In this document: positions 1 through 14,810 of the stretch, one piece after another
Layout: every line of letters starts with the position of its first letter
Position numbering within the stretch: position 1 is the first letter of the stretch
NCBI GenBank assembly: GCA_048013815.1
Contig: CM106586.1
Location: 19,530,001-19,594,000 of the forward strand
From: Setoptus koraiensis
Lineage: Eukaryota; Animalia; Arthropoda
Reading direction: 5' to 3'
DNA: 64,000 nucleotides
Made by a program: the position numbers and the translations under genes
Notes under the pieces: model-generated
What the model was told of the DNA's origin: nothing
Databases searched by the model: none
Seen by the model: only the letters and a program-made list of their open reading frames with translations

Positions 1-3000
1 ACTGGCCATAGCTACATTATCGAATATTTTTCATAATTTCGCCAGCAAGTGATGCAATGAGTATTTCAGCGACCATTTCCAGCATAACATTACTTGCTGC
101 AATAGCAAAACTCATTGCAATGGCAAAACTCATTGCAATGGCACGAGCGCGAGCAGCGATCACCGGCCGAGACGACGACTAATTGCGCCGCGTTGCGGCC
201 AGCTTGGCATTGATGATCGGCGGACAAAAAGTGCAACGGTTCGCGGCTCGATGTCACTCAACATCAAGCTACTACTGATTGTTATCTGCCTATAGAGACT
301 CTACAGTATAGAGTCTATGCGCGCAAAAAGTGACTTCCGGTCTAAACAACCAGCGGCGTGTAATAACAAACCGGAAGTTGCTTGCTCGCAGCCTTGGTGC
401 CACCAAGTTGGTGGCATCGTCGGCTTGATGGGATCTTTTGAGGGGGCCGCTACAATTGCAAGTTGCAGCAGCAGCAATTGTTGGGTGCAGCTCGTGCTGC
501 TTGTGCCGCTCGTGAATCACAAGTGCGATTGGGGCCACTTATCTAGATGGCGCTCGCACTAAAATTGCAACACACACAAAATTTCTCACGCACCGGCAAA
601 CAATCGCAGGAGAGGCCCCCATTAACCTTTTGCTCCTCAAACAATGGCCACAAACAATTATTTCCGGTCCGCTACCGTCACTTGTCTAGATATCTGTTGG
701 GCTGTTAGATGGGACTTGTGTTGCACAATGTAAAGATCATTAATAATGCGAAATGTGAAAGCCTGCCCGCATACTCGCACACCCAACATATCTGACATTT
801 TATATAATATATCCAATCTAATTAATAGGGCCCATGCTAGCTAGACATATCAGCGGCGCGCATTGCCCGAGCAGCAGTTGAGGGGCACGCCGGCTAGTTC
901 ACGATCCAACTGCTAGTAGTTGTGCATAATTGGGGCCGCCGCTCGTCAACACTCTCGTCATTTCGGACACTTAATTAGTTGGCTCGCGACACGAGTTGTC
1001 GCTGGTCGTTGTTTCACATTTTTAGCTTCTGCTCATTGCCCGCGTCACCACTGGCGAAACTTTCCAATTAGGTACTCTCACTCACAGCTAGTGGCTGCTG
1101 TCCGTGGCTGGCTCTGAAACAAACAAACGAATATCCGGCCCATTTCGTTTTCGCCCTCAGCATGCGTTTGACATCAGTGTGTCAGATCGGACAAACAAAA
1201 ACAGCCTTTTATCCACATCTGTCACACTGCGCCGATATAGATTTCGAGTCATGTGACACAATTGTCACCAGTTCTCTCTCTCTCTCTCTCTCTGCTGATA
1301 CAAACGATTCTTGCCGAAATTGACCCAATTTCTATTCGGCGACAAACACTCACGACAAAGCCAAAATGGCCCCAAAAATAGAGAGATTTAGCGAGCGATA
1401 GTTTGGTCAGAGAAGAGAGTTGGTCGGCGACTATCATCGTGATAGTGGTGAGTGTCGATGGGCGACGACGTGATACTGCCGCGCCCGTCTCGATGAAATA
1501 AGATTACTCCAACAAATGAGCTCGTTCGGAATCCGAAAACAAGGTACTAACAAGCAAAAATCACGACTTAAAACCATTGGTACCCCGAGCGCTCTGTTGG
1601 CGCGCAGCCAGATAAATTATGTGGCGGCGAGCCGATGAGCTCGCAAGCCCTTGATTAGCGCCATTGGCGAAGGCGAGGTATCTAGTTGGTTGCAGACTCC
1701 ACACTTTTGCAGAGTGACTGTGCCAGAGCATATTCTGGTGACTAGTTTCGTTCTTTGCGAATCGCCCGCATCGGGCAGCGCGCGCGGATTATTCTACCCG
1801 AGAGCGACTGTCGCCGCTCGAACGCGAGCTTGTTTCGAGAGACTTTGCGGGAGTTGTGCGCAATTGTCGCCCGAATTGAACCGGCGCCACCGATCGGAGC
1901 CTCAAATGTGTGTGGGCCCCATAACTCTCTCAATACGCGACAGGTGATGTAAAAATAGCTGAACACTTTGCTTCGACCTTGCGTCTCGTCGTTTGGCGCG
2001 CAACGACGTGGTCGTTACGACGAGACGCAAGTCGAACACGAGTTTTCACAACAACGCAACGACGCCCCCAAAAGCGAGGGGCCCACTTTTTGGCCTCGAA
2101 GTGTTTCCCGCGATCGGCTAGTGAGATCGATAATGCCGTAATACTAATATCATAATAAACTAGACATAATAATCTCATTATTAACAATGTTTTCGTGTCA
2201 GGTTTTGAATTTGTCCATTGGATATTGGCACGCAGCGAGTTGCGTGATGAGCGCGGCGCTCTGTGCACCGTTGTCCGGTTAGTGTCGCTCTATTGGCCAA
2301 CGGCAGCGCCCCCGTTGAGCGGATATTTTGAGCCGGCATAAGCCGGCATCGGCAGCAAAAACGACGACTTTGTCCAGGTAAACACTGCAATAACTCTGGC
2401 GGCGCTACTTGAGAGCGAGCGAGAGAGAGAGAGGCCAAGTTGGCCAAGCGCGCGGTGGTTGGCGCCGACAGGTGAATCGATGCAGTGCTCGTGCAAATAT
2501 TCAAATGAGATGATCATGTTTAACAAGCTTAGCAAAGCAAACAATAACATGAGCGCGCCCCCCTGATTTATAGCTGGCTGCCACGGCAGGCCCTTTTGGC
2601 AGGTATGACGTTGTTTACCTTGACAATTGGCAGCCCCGGGGGCACGCGACACGCGCTCGCGAGCGCCCCGTGATGGCTGACATATGTCTTGACAGGGGCA
2701 CGCGCGTTGGTGCTAGCAGCGTGCCAATTGTGTCATTTTGGCGCCGTTGTCGCAGTTGCTGCCGTCGTTGTTGCTGCTGTTGTTGCTGCTGTTGTTGCTG
2801 CTGTTGTTGTTGCCGTTGTCGTTGCTGTTGTTGCCGTCAAGACATGTTGACTTTGCTCGCGCTGCCGCCGTTGTTGTGGCAGTTGTAGTTGCAGTTGCAG
2901 TGGGACGAGCTCAAACGGACGAACAATGCCGGTCCAGATTAGCTTGGCATTGTTGTTTCACTTGTGACAATTTATTGAAAATATTTGGCCCCGCGTTTTC

Positions 3001-6000
3001 TTCTGTCGCAGTCGCGCCGCCGTTCCGTTACGGGCCGCCGGGCGCTCCGATCGCTTGCGATCGGGCCCCCGCTCCACCGAACGGCCCCAACAAACAAACA
3101 CACGAGCAGGCAAACATGCAAACAACAACTACAACTACCGCCACAAATGTGCAACAACAAATCCGAGCCTCTCACTGTATATTGCATAACATTACACTCG
3201 CGCTGGTGTCACATGCACACGACGAAATGTCGTCGTCGTTGTCGGCATCGTCGGTGTCGTCGGCGTCGTCGGCGTCGGTGTCGCCGCCGCGGTGTCGAGT
3301 GACGGCCACTATTACGGCGAGGTATGCGCACGCCATCAAATGATGATGATCGTTTATGATATGCAAATGAAACGAAATGGATGCCGCCGCGTCTCGCGCC
3401 GACACCCGGCACTTTGTCACAAGCACGCCCCCCCCCCTACCGCCCCGTATATTTATATACATTTTGTATATACTCACTTTACTGCAGCACCCCCCGTAAA
3501 TGGCCGTATATGTATATCTACATGCGGCGGGCTGATTGTACGCGAGGGAGGACGCCTCGACGCGGGGCCCCCGCGCCAGCCGGACAACACCATTAGCGGG
3601 CCCATTTTGATGAAAAATGCGCTACCGAAGGGGCCGCTGGCGAGCCCGCGCCGGCATCAGCCGCTTCGGTGGCGCAACAGGGCGGGCCAGAGCAGCCGAC
3701 GGGGACAGGCGACGCGCCCCCTTTCGCGCCCACCAATTGTGCCGTGATTGGTGCTGTGCAGAGTTCATCTGTTATTAACAGGGGCCCGTGCGCGTTGAGC
3801 GAATCGTATCGCGGATATAAACAGATGACATGCGGAACACAGCGCACAGCACATTATACAAAGTGATAGTCGGACGATATCCGACGGATATACAAACACT
3901 CGCAGTGGCATTGTCAGATGATCGATGCGACCCAATCGAGAATGAACGCGCACTAATAGAGGGCGCCTACAAGTGTGACAAGTGTCGCCGGCGCGGATCC
4001 GTGTCACAATTGCCGGTTGGAGCCCGTATGCCGCCGCCAGGGCGACAACAACAACAACAACAACGACAACAATTATTGCATTATTGGCCTGCGCTGTTGT
4101 TGTTGTTGCTGTTGTCGCTGTTGCGGCTGTTTTTGTTGTTGTCGCTGCCGCAGCGCCGCGGCCCCAGCGGCCGGCAGCGAAAGTCAGCCGCGGGTACGGG
4201 GGGCCGAGCCGCGGTAATGGTGATCGATCACCCGTTCACGCGGGCTCGGCGCCCGCAAGCGATTAAGCGCTGGCTGGTCGTTTGTTGGCTGCGTCGCTCA
4301 ACGCAAACAAACGCATCGGGCCGCCAGCCAAGCAGCATCGGGCCGCCCGCGAAACAGCAGCGGGCCGCCAGCGGAACGGCGACGGGCAAACATAAATGCA
4401 AGCGTGCATGTATATTGGCGCGCAAAGTGTTGCCACGATGAGCAGTCAAGTCGACAACTCTCGACATGATATTATCAGCGACATTAGAGACAACAGCAAC
4501 GACAGCAACAACAACAACAACAACAACAGCAACGACAGCAACAACAACAACGACAACAACAAATAACATGGCGTTACATTGCGTAACATGGTGCCATTTG
4601 TTTTATCGGGGGGCCCATTCATTGTTTGCAGCTCGGGGGCGCGCGAGTGGCCCGCCAGTGGGCACAAAGGAATGGGCGCCCCCGTGACACTGCGAGTGGC
4701 CCCATTGTTGGCGCCCGTTCAAATGCGCCACTGGCGATCGCTTGCCAGTTGTCATTACGAGTCACAATGATGAATTCATTGAAATGAATTCCCCACAGTG
4801 CGCATTGTGCTCGGCCGCGGTTGTCGCTGGTGCCGCCGTAGCCCTTGGTCGCTAGGTGCGCCGCGGCGGGCGCTGCAAATATCGCCGCCGACCAGAGATC
4901 AACACGATTATCTCGCCGCTCGCCGCTCTCCAGTCGCCAGCGGTCGGCCCCCGTCGATATGACGTATCAGCGGTCACAGCGGCGGATATATCAGCGGATA
5001 TAGCGACGTCTCAATGGATTTATCCGCTCATTTATCCGTGCATTTGCCCATTGACAACGATCATCGGATCATACACACAATGTATCAGCGCACATAATTA
5101 CGCAACGGTCGCCGCAATGGTCGTTTGACGCCGATATGATTGCGTCGGCCGGTAGCGGCGCCACACGAACTGGCGCAATTGCGATGACAATTGCGCAATT
5201 GTGTCACTCGCAAACAATGCAGCCAACTAACGGTCGGATAACTAACTAAATAAGCGGCTAATAACGGTTATGCGGGCTATCGGCACTCGCATCTTATCGC
5301 GCTGCGGGCCGCCAAATGAATTGGCGCCCGCATAACTAAATCGCAATCAGCGGCACGCACACCCTTGTTCATAACACGCGCTTACAATCGACGATCGCCC
5401 GCCCCCTTTGGGCCCCTCGTGCGGGCCGCCGAATGAATTGTCGCCAGGGCACCGTCGCCGGTTGCCTGTGTGAGCGGAGCCCGGCGAGGCGCGCACGCGA
5501 CTCTGCGCGATCAAGAGTATCCGCTAAAAGTAGGCAAAAGTGGCCCGGTAATACCGAGTCAGTATTGCCGGGTACCTCTGTATGCGGCTCACACCGGCCC
5601 GCTCGGTTGGCCGACGGGGCGAGCATTTGTCACCCGATTCAAACGAAAATAATCAAGCGCGGCAACATTTTCGCGCGGCAATTTGCAACATTTCGAAGGG
5701 GCCCCCGTTTGACAAAAGAGCGTCACGTTTTGTGCAAACACAAGCACGCGAGTTTGGGTTTATCTAAACGCAAACTCGCTTGGCCGGCGCGCAGCCGATG
5801 CAAATAGACGGCGGAAACGAGGCGACGACAAACCGGCGATATGAGACGCTTGAGCTGGCCATATTTTAATATAATGCAGTTTGCAGTAATGCCGGCAGTT
5901 TCGAGTGGGCAACTTGAGTCGCGGCTCGCCAACAGCGACAGATCACGTTGCGCGCCTCTGGGGCCCGCCAGCAGAATTGGGGCCCCACCAAACGGCGAGA

Positions 6001-8969
6001 GAGAGAGAGAGAAAAAAACAAATGACTATAGCGACTCTATTTGCACCATCAATCACAGTGGTCGTTGCTCTAAACAGCATCGATGCCTCGACGTTTGCCA
6101 GCGCGCACTGCGCCCCATTTCGGGCTGCCGGCTCGGCGAAACTGTCTAAATGATCAACGTCTGATGGTCATTTTGTGTCTGTCTCTATCTCTCGCTTTTT
6201 CTGTTGGCAGCGAAAAGCGTCGGCGCTGACCGTCGCGAGCACCTACGGCCGGCGGCCGATCGAAGCGGCTCGCAGCGTCTGCCCGCACTAACTAAGTGCG
6301 CCGTTTTATCGAGCGCGTTTCCGCCCGTTTGGCTGCCGGCGCGGCCACCGCGCACTTGTGTTGTCCGGCCCGCAACAACAAATGATCGCCGTCTGGCCGG
6401 CGGCCGGCCAAAACAATTTGCGCTGCCAACGCGGCCGGCGTGCAGCGTGCCAGCGTATGGCTAATGATTGTTGTTGCCATTGACACATTGACTTTTCGAC
6501 GCTACACTTTTAATCACTTATCGATTGGCTCGTCTCCCGAGCGCCCTGTCCGGCCGCGGCCAAGTGACCGGACCCGCCCCACGCCAAGTGGCCGGACCGG
6601 CCCCTCGACCGGCCCGACAGTGGCCGGGAGGAGCTGTGATTGGTCGGGCTCGCGGGCCCCAGCTCGCAACCAATCAAAGTAATTGGCTGCTTGCGATGAT
6701 TATTGTAATGGCCGCCGATGAAATTAATGTCCGTCCGACATGCCTGCTCAATTCTGTCTGTCTGTCTGTCTGTCGGGTCACGTCACAGCGGCAACAATGG
6801 CAACTGTCATGATTGCATAACTTGCGCTCGGCCAATCCACATTTGATGCCCGTTTGTGCGTATCCGTGTCTAGTTGGGGTATCCGCCTCCAGTGTGGGTA
6901 TCTGTGTCTTATCGGGGCATTCGCGGGCATCTGTGTCTACTTGGGGCATTTGTGGGGGCATGTGTGGCCCCGCACGGGTCAACGACAGCGCTGTAGCGGT
7001 GCCATGGGGCGATGCAGCGGCGCTATGGGGCGATGCAGCGGCGCTGTGAGGCCCGTGTAGCTGGAAATTAAATAGAATAGAGTGGATTTGTGTCATCAGC
7101 GTGTCGCTTTTTGTTGCCGTTGGCACCATTTTGTCACAAAGTTGCGCAACGGACAGCGCCTCGCCAGACGCTGTCCGTGGTCTGTGTCAGCTGAATATAA
7201 TTGAATTGTTGTCGTTGTTGTTCTCGACAACAACGACAACAATTTCGACGAGAGCCCCACAGCGCAAACTGTGCGGTGTTGTCATTGGCAAGTTTTGCTT
7301 GTCGTGCGGTCGTCGTCGTCGGACGAGCGAATCATTACAAACGGCGCGGTCATTACCGTTGAACGGGGCCCCCGCTTGGCCGGTTGGTGTCGCCAAGAAG
7401 CGCGCCCACTGTGCGCGGTGTCAGCGGTCGCTCTAGAGCCCGCGCGGCTGCCGCAACCCCCGAAACTCCGCAGTCCGTAACTCCGCAGTCTGCAACTTCA
7501 CAGTCTGAAGGCCCCGAAGCCGCGCAGACTGCCCAAACCGCTGAACTGCCCCGACCTCCGAACTGCCCAAACCACTGAAACTGCCCGAACCTCTCGGCTG
7601 CCCGAACCGCTGAACCGCTCGAAGCCTCGAAACTGCCACTTCCGACGCAGTCGACGGCCGCCGAACGGGGCCAAATGGGGCCCGCGACGAGCGGCCTGCC
7701 GCATGCCCGCTCACAAACAATCTGCGACCGCAACGCCGTCGTCCATTGTGTCTGATCGTGTATGTAGATGCAATAAAAAGAGGCCCCAGCACACAATGAC
7801 TGACCGCTCAAATTGATCCGATCTGTCTGCATCCAGCGACAACCATCAATTTTATTAACATCATCATCGTCTTTACAGCGCTGGCCATTGTTGGCCCGCG
7901 CAAATTGTTCATTCAAATTTGGCTCGCCAACGGCGCGCCGCGCCCCAAACAGCCGAACTGGACCCCATCGGAGTCTATCAATGTCGGGTTCTGGTGGCGC
8001 ATTATGCAAAAATGTACACGACAAACACTTAAAACATCATCGACATCGCATGGCTTTGTTGTGCTTTATTTCATGCATGAGTTATGGGCCGAGTCGCCGA
8101 GTCGCCGAGTGACCGAAGCCGCCAAACGACACCGAACGACTGTTGGCCGGACAGAAACAAAACCGCTGCCCATGGTGCTCGCAACGATTCGTTGCGAGCA
8201 CCATTCTCTGCTCCGGAATTATGCCGGAATTATCCCGAAAATGGCCCCCTTCGGATACTTTCGCACGGGGAGCTCGCATCGGCTCTGCCAGCGGCACCCG
8301 TTCGGTCAGCGGCACCGGCTCGGTCAGCGGCTCCGGCTCGAGCGGCGGCACGGGCTCTGCCAACGGTATCGCACCGTCTGAGGGTGCACATAGCGACCGA
8401 CGGCGCACAGCGGACACACACGTAATAATGACATATTAATAAAGGCCAGGTATCGCCAGATACCGGCCAGTTGGGCTCAATGTCGGCCGACAGAAACACC
8501 AAGAACGGAATAAATTTATGTGTCATCGATCAAACCGGGGCTCGCAAACTTTGGCTTTTTTTCGGCCAGTTTGGCGCATCGCATCACCATGACAAACTCA
8601 CTCTAACCATAATCTCTTTCTCTTCCGTTTTCCACTTGACCACGGGCGTTACATAATCGCTGACCGCATTAACGCTTCCACAACTGGCGCTTCTGGGAAC
8701 TTGGCGACGCGCAATAATCATAATCACATCTATTATTGCGTCTATTCATTGTGCGCGCCCGCTGCCCGTAATGCCGCCCGCGCGCGATCAATATGCCGCC
8801 TCATCGGCTACAATATCCATGCCGGTCGCCAATAATGGCTGCCCGTAACGGATGCCAATTATGAATGCCAATTACGGCCGCCAATTACGGACGCGCGGAC
8901 ACTGCGCACGGGCCATAATGGGGCGAAATGGCGCGAAATGGCGCGAAATGGCGCGATATGGCGCGACAG

Positions 8970-11900
8970 GCTCCAGTCTGACGCCCGTCAGCGACCGAGC
9001 AAAGGTGGTGGCAATTATCTACGGCTCGGTGGGCATTCCGCTGATGCTGTTGTTTGTGTGGCGCTGGGGCCAGTTGATGGCAATTAGCATACGGGCCACA
9101 ATGCGCAAACTGGGCCCCGTGTTGTGTCCCGGCTGGTGCCCCACTTGGCTGCTGTTGGGCGGTACTTGTTGCTGTTGTTGTTGCAGTTTTTGTTACAGAC
9201 GCCAGGTGAGATCGGCCAGTGCGCTGAAACGTCAGCGTTATTTGTTGGCGGCCCCAACACCAGGTGACAGCAGCAGCGGCGGAGGAGGTTTCTGTCCGGA
9301 GGATAAGCACAATCAGCTGATGCTGCTTGTGTCCGATGGCGGCCAGGGGCCCGGCAAGCCGCCCGCCAGTGCCAGTTCCGGCGGGCAGCAGCAGCATAAC
9401 TTAACGGACCAATGCGATATTAATTCAATTCACAGCCATTCATTATGTGCGAACGGTACACAATCGCCTTTTGTGATAAACATTAATCATGATCATCAGC
9501 AGCACTACCACCCCCACCCGCAACAACAACACCACCACCAACACCAACAACAGCATCACCAACAACAACAGCAGCAGCAACAGCAGCAACAACAACAGCA
9601 ACGCCAGACCAATTATGTTGTTTGCGGGGGCCAAATAGTGTCGTCGGCCGGCGGCAAGTTGGAGGGCGCCGGCACATGCGCCGAGCCCAAAACTAGATCA
9701 ATCATTGTGCCATTATCCGCGTCATCGTCGTCGTCCAATGCATCATCGGCCGGCAGGGGGACAGCGCTTTTCGGCCAGCAACAGCAGCAGCAGCAGCAAA
9801 TTAAACAACAACACGCCGTTGAACAGCACAACAGCAACAACGACAATTTGCATAACAAGTTGCATCATGGCGCCAACAACAATGCTGCCCAGCCCAATGA
9901 CCGCCAGCGAATTAGCAACTCAAACGGAAGCTCCGGCATCAGCTCAAACGGTTCCAATAATTCGAGCACTTCCGCCAATTCAGTTCAGTCGCAATTGTAC
10001 TGTAGACAGCAGGAGCAGCCGACTAGTGGTCAGTGTGCGCAACAATTAACATCGCACAATCGATACGGAACGCTGGCGAACAGAAAAATGGCAGCCACCG
10101 GCAACAAAAACACGGACACATCGCTCGTGTCCGTGGTGTCTCAGTATCACATAAGTCCCGTGCATTCTAGGGATTGTCCGTCGCTGTTCGCCATGGCAGC
10201 GCCCAACGGACCAGGTAAGCCATCATTAGTGGGCCGGATTATCCGGTATCATTAATCATTGGGGCGCCAGTGTGCGCTCGACACGTTCGCGCTGTCGGAC
10301 TTTGCATATGCGCCCATTTTGTGCCCTGCGAAATCCATGTCCGTGCAAAGCAAACGCGTATCGTTCGCCACGTGTTATATGCACCAAACAAAATACAAAA
10401 TATTCCATCGATACTTGGTAGATATTTTGCAGCGCAATTTGTTTCGCTGCAAAATATCCACCAAGTATCGTGTTTGGCCGGCGTTTTTCGCAAACAGTCT
10501 ATACGCACAGAGTTTTGACCATATCTCCCGATGTCTTTTCGTCATCATGTTTCGCTGTCATCATCTAGCGGACGTTTACGGCAACAGCACCGGCAACACC
10601 GGCAACCAAGCCGGCTCCTACTGGACCACTACTGCTGCTGATCAGTCATCGTGCAATTCAGTCAACGAGGCGCCATCTGGCGGCCAGCACCAGCAACGCC
10701 AAAACGGAAACAAAGTGGGCCAACAACAACAATTCCAATACAACACAATCAGGCTGCACAGTGGTCAGCAGCATCAGTGTCCGAGCGCCAACAGTAGCAT
10801 TGTTCTGGACAGCGGTGTTAGCGGAACCCAGAGCAACGGCACCAGCGAGGAGGAGAGCAACAGCAATCAGTTGCACAAGACGGTGCGATTTGTGTCGCTC
10901 GATCCGACGAGTGCCGCCGATTACGATCACCGGCAGCCATTTCCGGCGCACCAACAACAGCACCAACAACAGCACCAACAACAGCAACGACAACAACAAT
11001 CGGCCATCAGCTGTAACGTGACGGATGGGGCCAGGAAAGGGGCTCGCGATGGCTCGGTTGGCGCCGTAGAGAGAAACATGATGCTCAACTTTATGATAAT
11101 CACAACAAGTGTCACCATTGTGGCCGCTTACGTAATGCTGGGCTCGTGGTTGTTGGCCAAGTGGCAGCACGTTCGCTTTGTGGACGCCCTATATTTTTGT
11201 TTTGTCACACTCACCACCATTGGTTTGGGCGACAACGCAAATCAATTTCTGGCCAAAAGCAGACAGAAACTATTTTTGCGTGAGCTGTTCTCGACAAATC
11301 CCGCCAACGGTCTCACTGGATCAACAACCGTGCACTTGACCAACACGACCATTGATGGTTTGTCGCAAACCACGGACGCCGACACAACAACCAATAACGA
11401 TCGCCAATTCGATCCGATGAAAGAGACGCTCGCCATGGCAAACAAGTATCCGGACAATGGTCAGTTTGTGCTGGTGGCCCTGTATTTGTTAATTGGTTTG
11501 ATGCTGGTGTCTATGAGCATCAATTTGTTGTTGAATTTCATTGGTGTCAATGAGCAAAGTTTGTACTTGTTCAATCAACGCAACAGCCAATTAGCTCTGA
11601 CTGTCAACGGCGCTCATTTGCAGCCAATGGCCATTGGCTATGGTCACGAGGCCGCCGCCGATAATCGTGTCGCCATTGGCCCCATAGACACTTGTTTGGG
11701 CCAGCCGGAAGCCGTAGAGGTGAGCGACTATTATCCGCAACAACAGGACATTATGAGCAAGCAAGCGGACAGTGACTATTTGTGCCAGCATCATCAACAT
11801 TCTTACAATCACATGCGCCAGATCCAATGCACATCATCCAATGATGTTGGCGCCAATGACAATACGGGCGAAATACAATACGTATCAGCGTCGTCTTATT

Positions 11901-13174
11901 GTCATCAGAATAACGATATTGATGCAAATGACGCAAGTCAAGCTGAAAATAGCGTTCTCATGATGCCAAACTCGGGCCTCGAACAACAACGACAACAATT
12001 GCATTCGCCAAATTGTCTAGTAGTGAGTGAAGTTGTCAACTCCACTCACTGTCCAATGTCCACTGACAACAACAATCTGCTGACTGATTCCTCGTTTAAT
12101 CATCATCAGTTGCACATTGAGGAGCCCGATGATGATCGCGACAGCACCACAACCAACGACATCAGCGCGAACATAAATCATCGTGCGACAAATCACGCAA
12201 ACAACAACAATAGTGGCATTATTGGCAGCAGCCATGTTGACTTGATCAATATTGATACTATGATTGATTGTGCCGGATTAATTAATCAACATGCAGCCAA
12301 CAACAACAACAACAGCAGCAACAACTCCTCCATAGTGAACAGCGGCGCCTCTATTATAGTGGCCGCGCAAACGCCTCAAAACGTCTATTGTAGATCACCC
12401 ATGGACGCCATATTGCCTCACTACGACCATATCGAGTTGGACAACAACGACAACGGTCTTAGCACATTTTGTGATCTTCATCAGCAGCTGGACAATGGCA
12501 TAGTGATGATAAATCATCACAACAATGATGACCACTCAACATCGTCGCTACGTAACAAGCAACAACAACAACAACAACAACGCGACAGGCACTTGTCGTA
12601 CGCGGACTTGGATTCACCGCATTCATCTGGCAGTCTAACCAGACGGCGACTGTCACAAACGATGCCCAAAAACCAAGAGGCGCATTATTCGACCAACAGC
12701 ATGATTTTGCAATGCAACTCAATTAGAAGGGGCGCCTCTCAACACTTGAAAACATTCCAGAATGCTCAACATGCCAGCAGCTCGTCATCGGCCAATCAGC
12801 ACAATCACAGTGACCACAATGATCACAACGATCATCACAATCATCAGCATCATCATCATCACCATCACAGCCACCAGTCTGCCAGTTTTGAGCTGCAACA
12901 GCACCAGCAAAACAACCCGCCGGAAACGATTGCTTCGAAACAATTTGGCCCCATTTCGATGCCAACCAACAACGAGCATCGTCACTACGACTGCAAACAC
13001 AATCGTCACCAGCCAGAGTCATCGTCGGCCTCAACTGACACCACTTGTAGTCAATCGACTGCTGCCACTAGCAACACAAACACAAGCACAGGCACTTTGG
13101 ACATAATCAGGCAACCAACAACCAGTATTGACTCGACAGGGGCCGTCATTGTGACCAATAAGATAATTGTTTGA
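8970..13174 (+). CDS. Two-pore-domain (K2P/TWiK-type) potassium channel, 5'-partial; exons 8970-10214 and 10569-13174
   Basis: The first exon encodes post-P1 and TM2 sequence (LTPVSDRAKVVAIIYGSVGIPLMLLFVW). Donor CAG|GTAAGC at 10215 and acceptor CTAG|CG at 10568 are both phase 1 and join in frame. The second exon encodes TM3, P2 (DALYFCFVTLTTIGLGD, filter at 11213-11233) and TM4 (QFVLVALYLLIGLMLVSMSINLL). TM1/P1 exons were not located. Confidence 0.85.
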
Positions 13175-13403
13175 CTGACCCCTCAACACACATACATCTA
13201 CCTAAGCCGTCCGCATGAAAACAAAACCCACCCAATGTGATTTGTATACCAGTCAAATGGGTTTGTTTGTAATATGCAATCAATGTAGCAGAATGAATAA
13301 ACTATTTCGACAATTTCTATACTGATTCGCAATGAATTGTGTCATCAGGCCACCTCAACGAGTTTGAAGAAAATGGCGCGAAAAAAAGTGCGCACGCATG
13401 GGT

Positions 13404-13423
13404 TAGTGATGGGGGGAGCTCCC
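13404..13423 (+). mobile_element. Isolated hAT-like terminal repeat (TAGTGATGGGGGGAGCTCCC)
   Basis: Same terminus as at 21013, 21357, 27549, 32988, 36425 and 36655. It lies at the left edge of the AT-rich duplicated island. Confidence 0.45.
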
Positions 13424-14810
13424 TGCTCCGCTCAAGGCATTTTTTTGGCTGTTCCTATTGGGGATAAAAATGTGATGCTGAGTGGTTTCTAGTTAATAGT
13501 TGGGATGAATAAATGAATGGTCGCTGGCGAGGCGCAATGTCAGCGTATACTTAGGCGTGTTTTTATTTGCAGAATATCGGCTGACAAGAGTGTTATGTCA
13601 TGTGATGTGGATGTTGGTGAGACTGAATCACGAATATTGCGACAATTTTTGTTCTGAGCATGATTGTTTCGGTGATTCGGTGTTTATTGCTACGGCGAAT
13701 GATACTAACAAACCAGTGATACAGATTCTATATTATTGATTGGTGCGCAAACTGACAGTATCTACTGCTCGGTGTAGGCATTTCTAACACCGACATTTCT
13801 TGTAAACCAGGAATGACCATTTTGCGCATAGACCAGAGAAAACGCTCAACACAGCCACCCAGCTCCCGGAGACTTGTTTCCGTTATTGTAAACATGTTTA
13901 CCTGTTGGCTCTTACAGCAACAGTCTTGCCATTTTGTGACATGTCAGCGAGATTACTGCGCTGTTGTTATCTTGTCCAGGCACATCATCGCATCGGCCAA
14001 GATAGAAATCTCAGAGCAATCTGTCTTTAATTAGCACTGCCGTATTCTCTCTTCGCTATATGTAAACAAACAAATTATGGCATAGGAAAAATCCATAATT
14101 GATTGCCATAGCTCACGTAATGAGCGCTGCATCAAGAAAAGAAGCAACACCAGGAGAGACAGATATGAACACAAACAAGCTGGCGCAATCACAACAAATT
14201 GCATCTAATGCACGATGAATCAGTACGCAGAATATAAAATTAACACCAAGCGAGTGAACACAGCTAACAAGATGCAGCCCAAGTGCAAGTGTGAGATGGT
14301 GCTTCTTTTCTTGATGCAGCGCTCATCACGTGAACTATGGCGATCAATTATGGATTTTTCCTATGCCAACATTTGTTTGTTTACATATAGCGAAGAGAGA
14401 ATACGGCAGTGCTAATTAAAGACAGATTGCTCTGAGATATCTATCTTGGCCGATGCGATGATGTGCCTGGACAAGATAACAACAGCGCAGTAATCTCGCC
14501 GACGTGTCACAGAAGACCTAGAAGTAGATGTTCTACCAGTTACAGGTTTCAAACTTACGCTCTGTTGTGCCCAGGGTAAAGTGCGATACGCGTACCCATG
14601 TACCTTGAAACATGTTTGCAAATCGCGATTGTGTAGATCGCCCCGTATAAATACTGGTAAAATGATTACTTTTTACTCATTGCCACAGTCGCTTAATCGA
14701 GCAAACACTATAGATTGTACGAAAATCGCCAGTCCGTGGACTAGTCAATAGGACATCAAGAGTTATCCGTGCTTCTTTTTCATCATCAATTAAACATCAA
14801 CTGAATAATC

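Noticed and set aside
4856-8660. Candidate TM1/P1 exons (WIYPLIYPCICPLTTIIG at about 5010-5060, IIIVFTALAIVG at about 7860, SFSSVFHLTTG at about 8620)
   Set aside because: Each resembles a K2P motif only loosely and lacks suitable splice sites.
8852-8969. N-terminus of the 467-aa ORF as the channel start
   Set aside because: It lacks TM1 and P1, includes a 10-bp tandem repeat, and lies upstream of a likely acceptor at 8969.
10259-10568. First 103 codons of the 971-aa ORF as K2P coding sequence
   Set aside because: They fall within the phase-compatible GT-AG intron 10215-10568, so the ORF start is an artefact.
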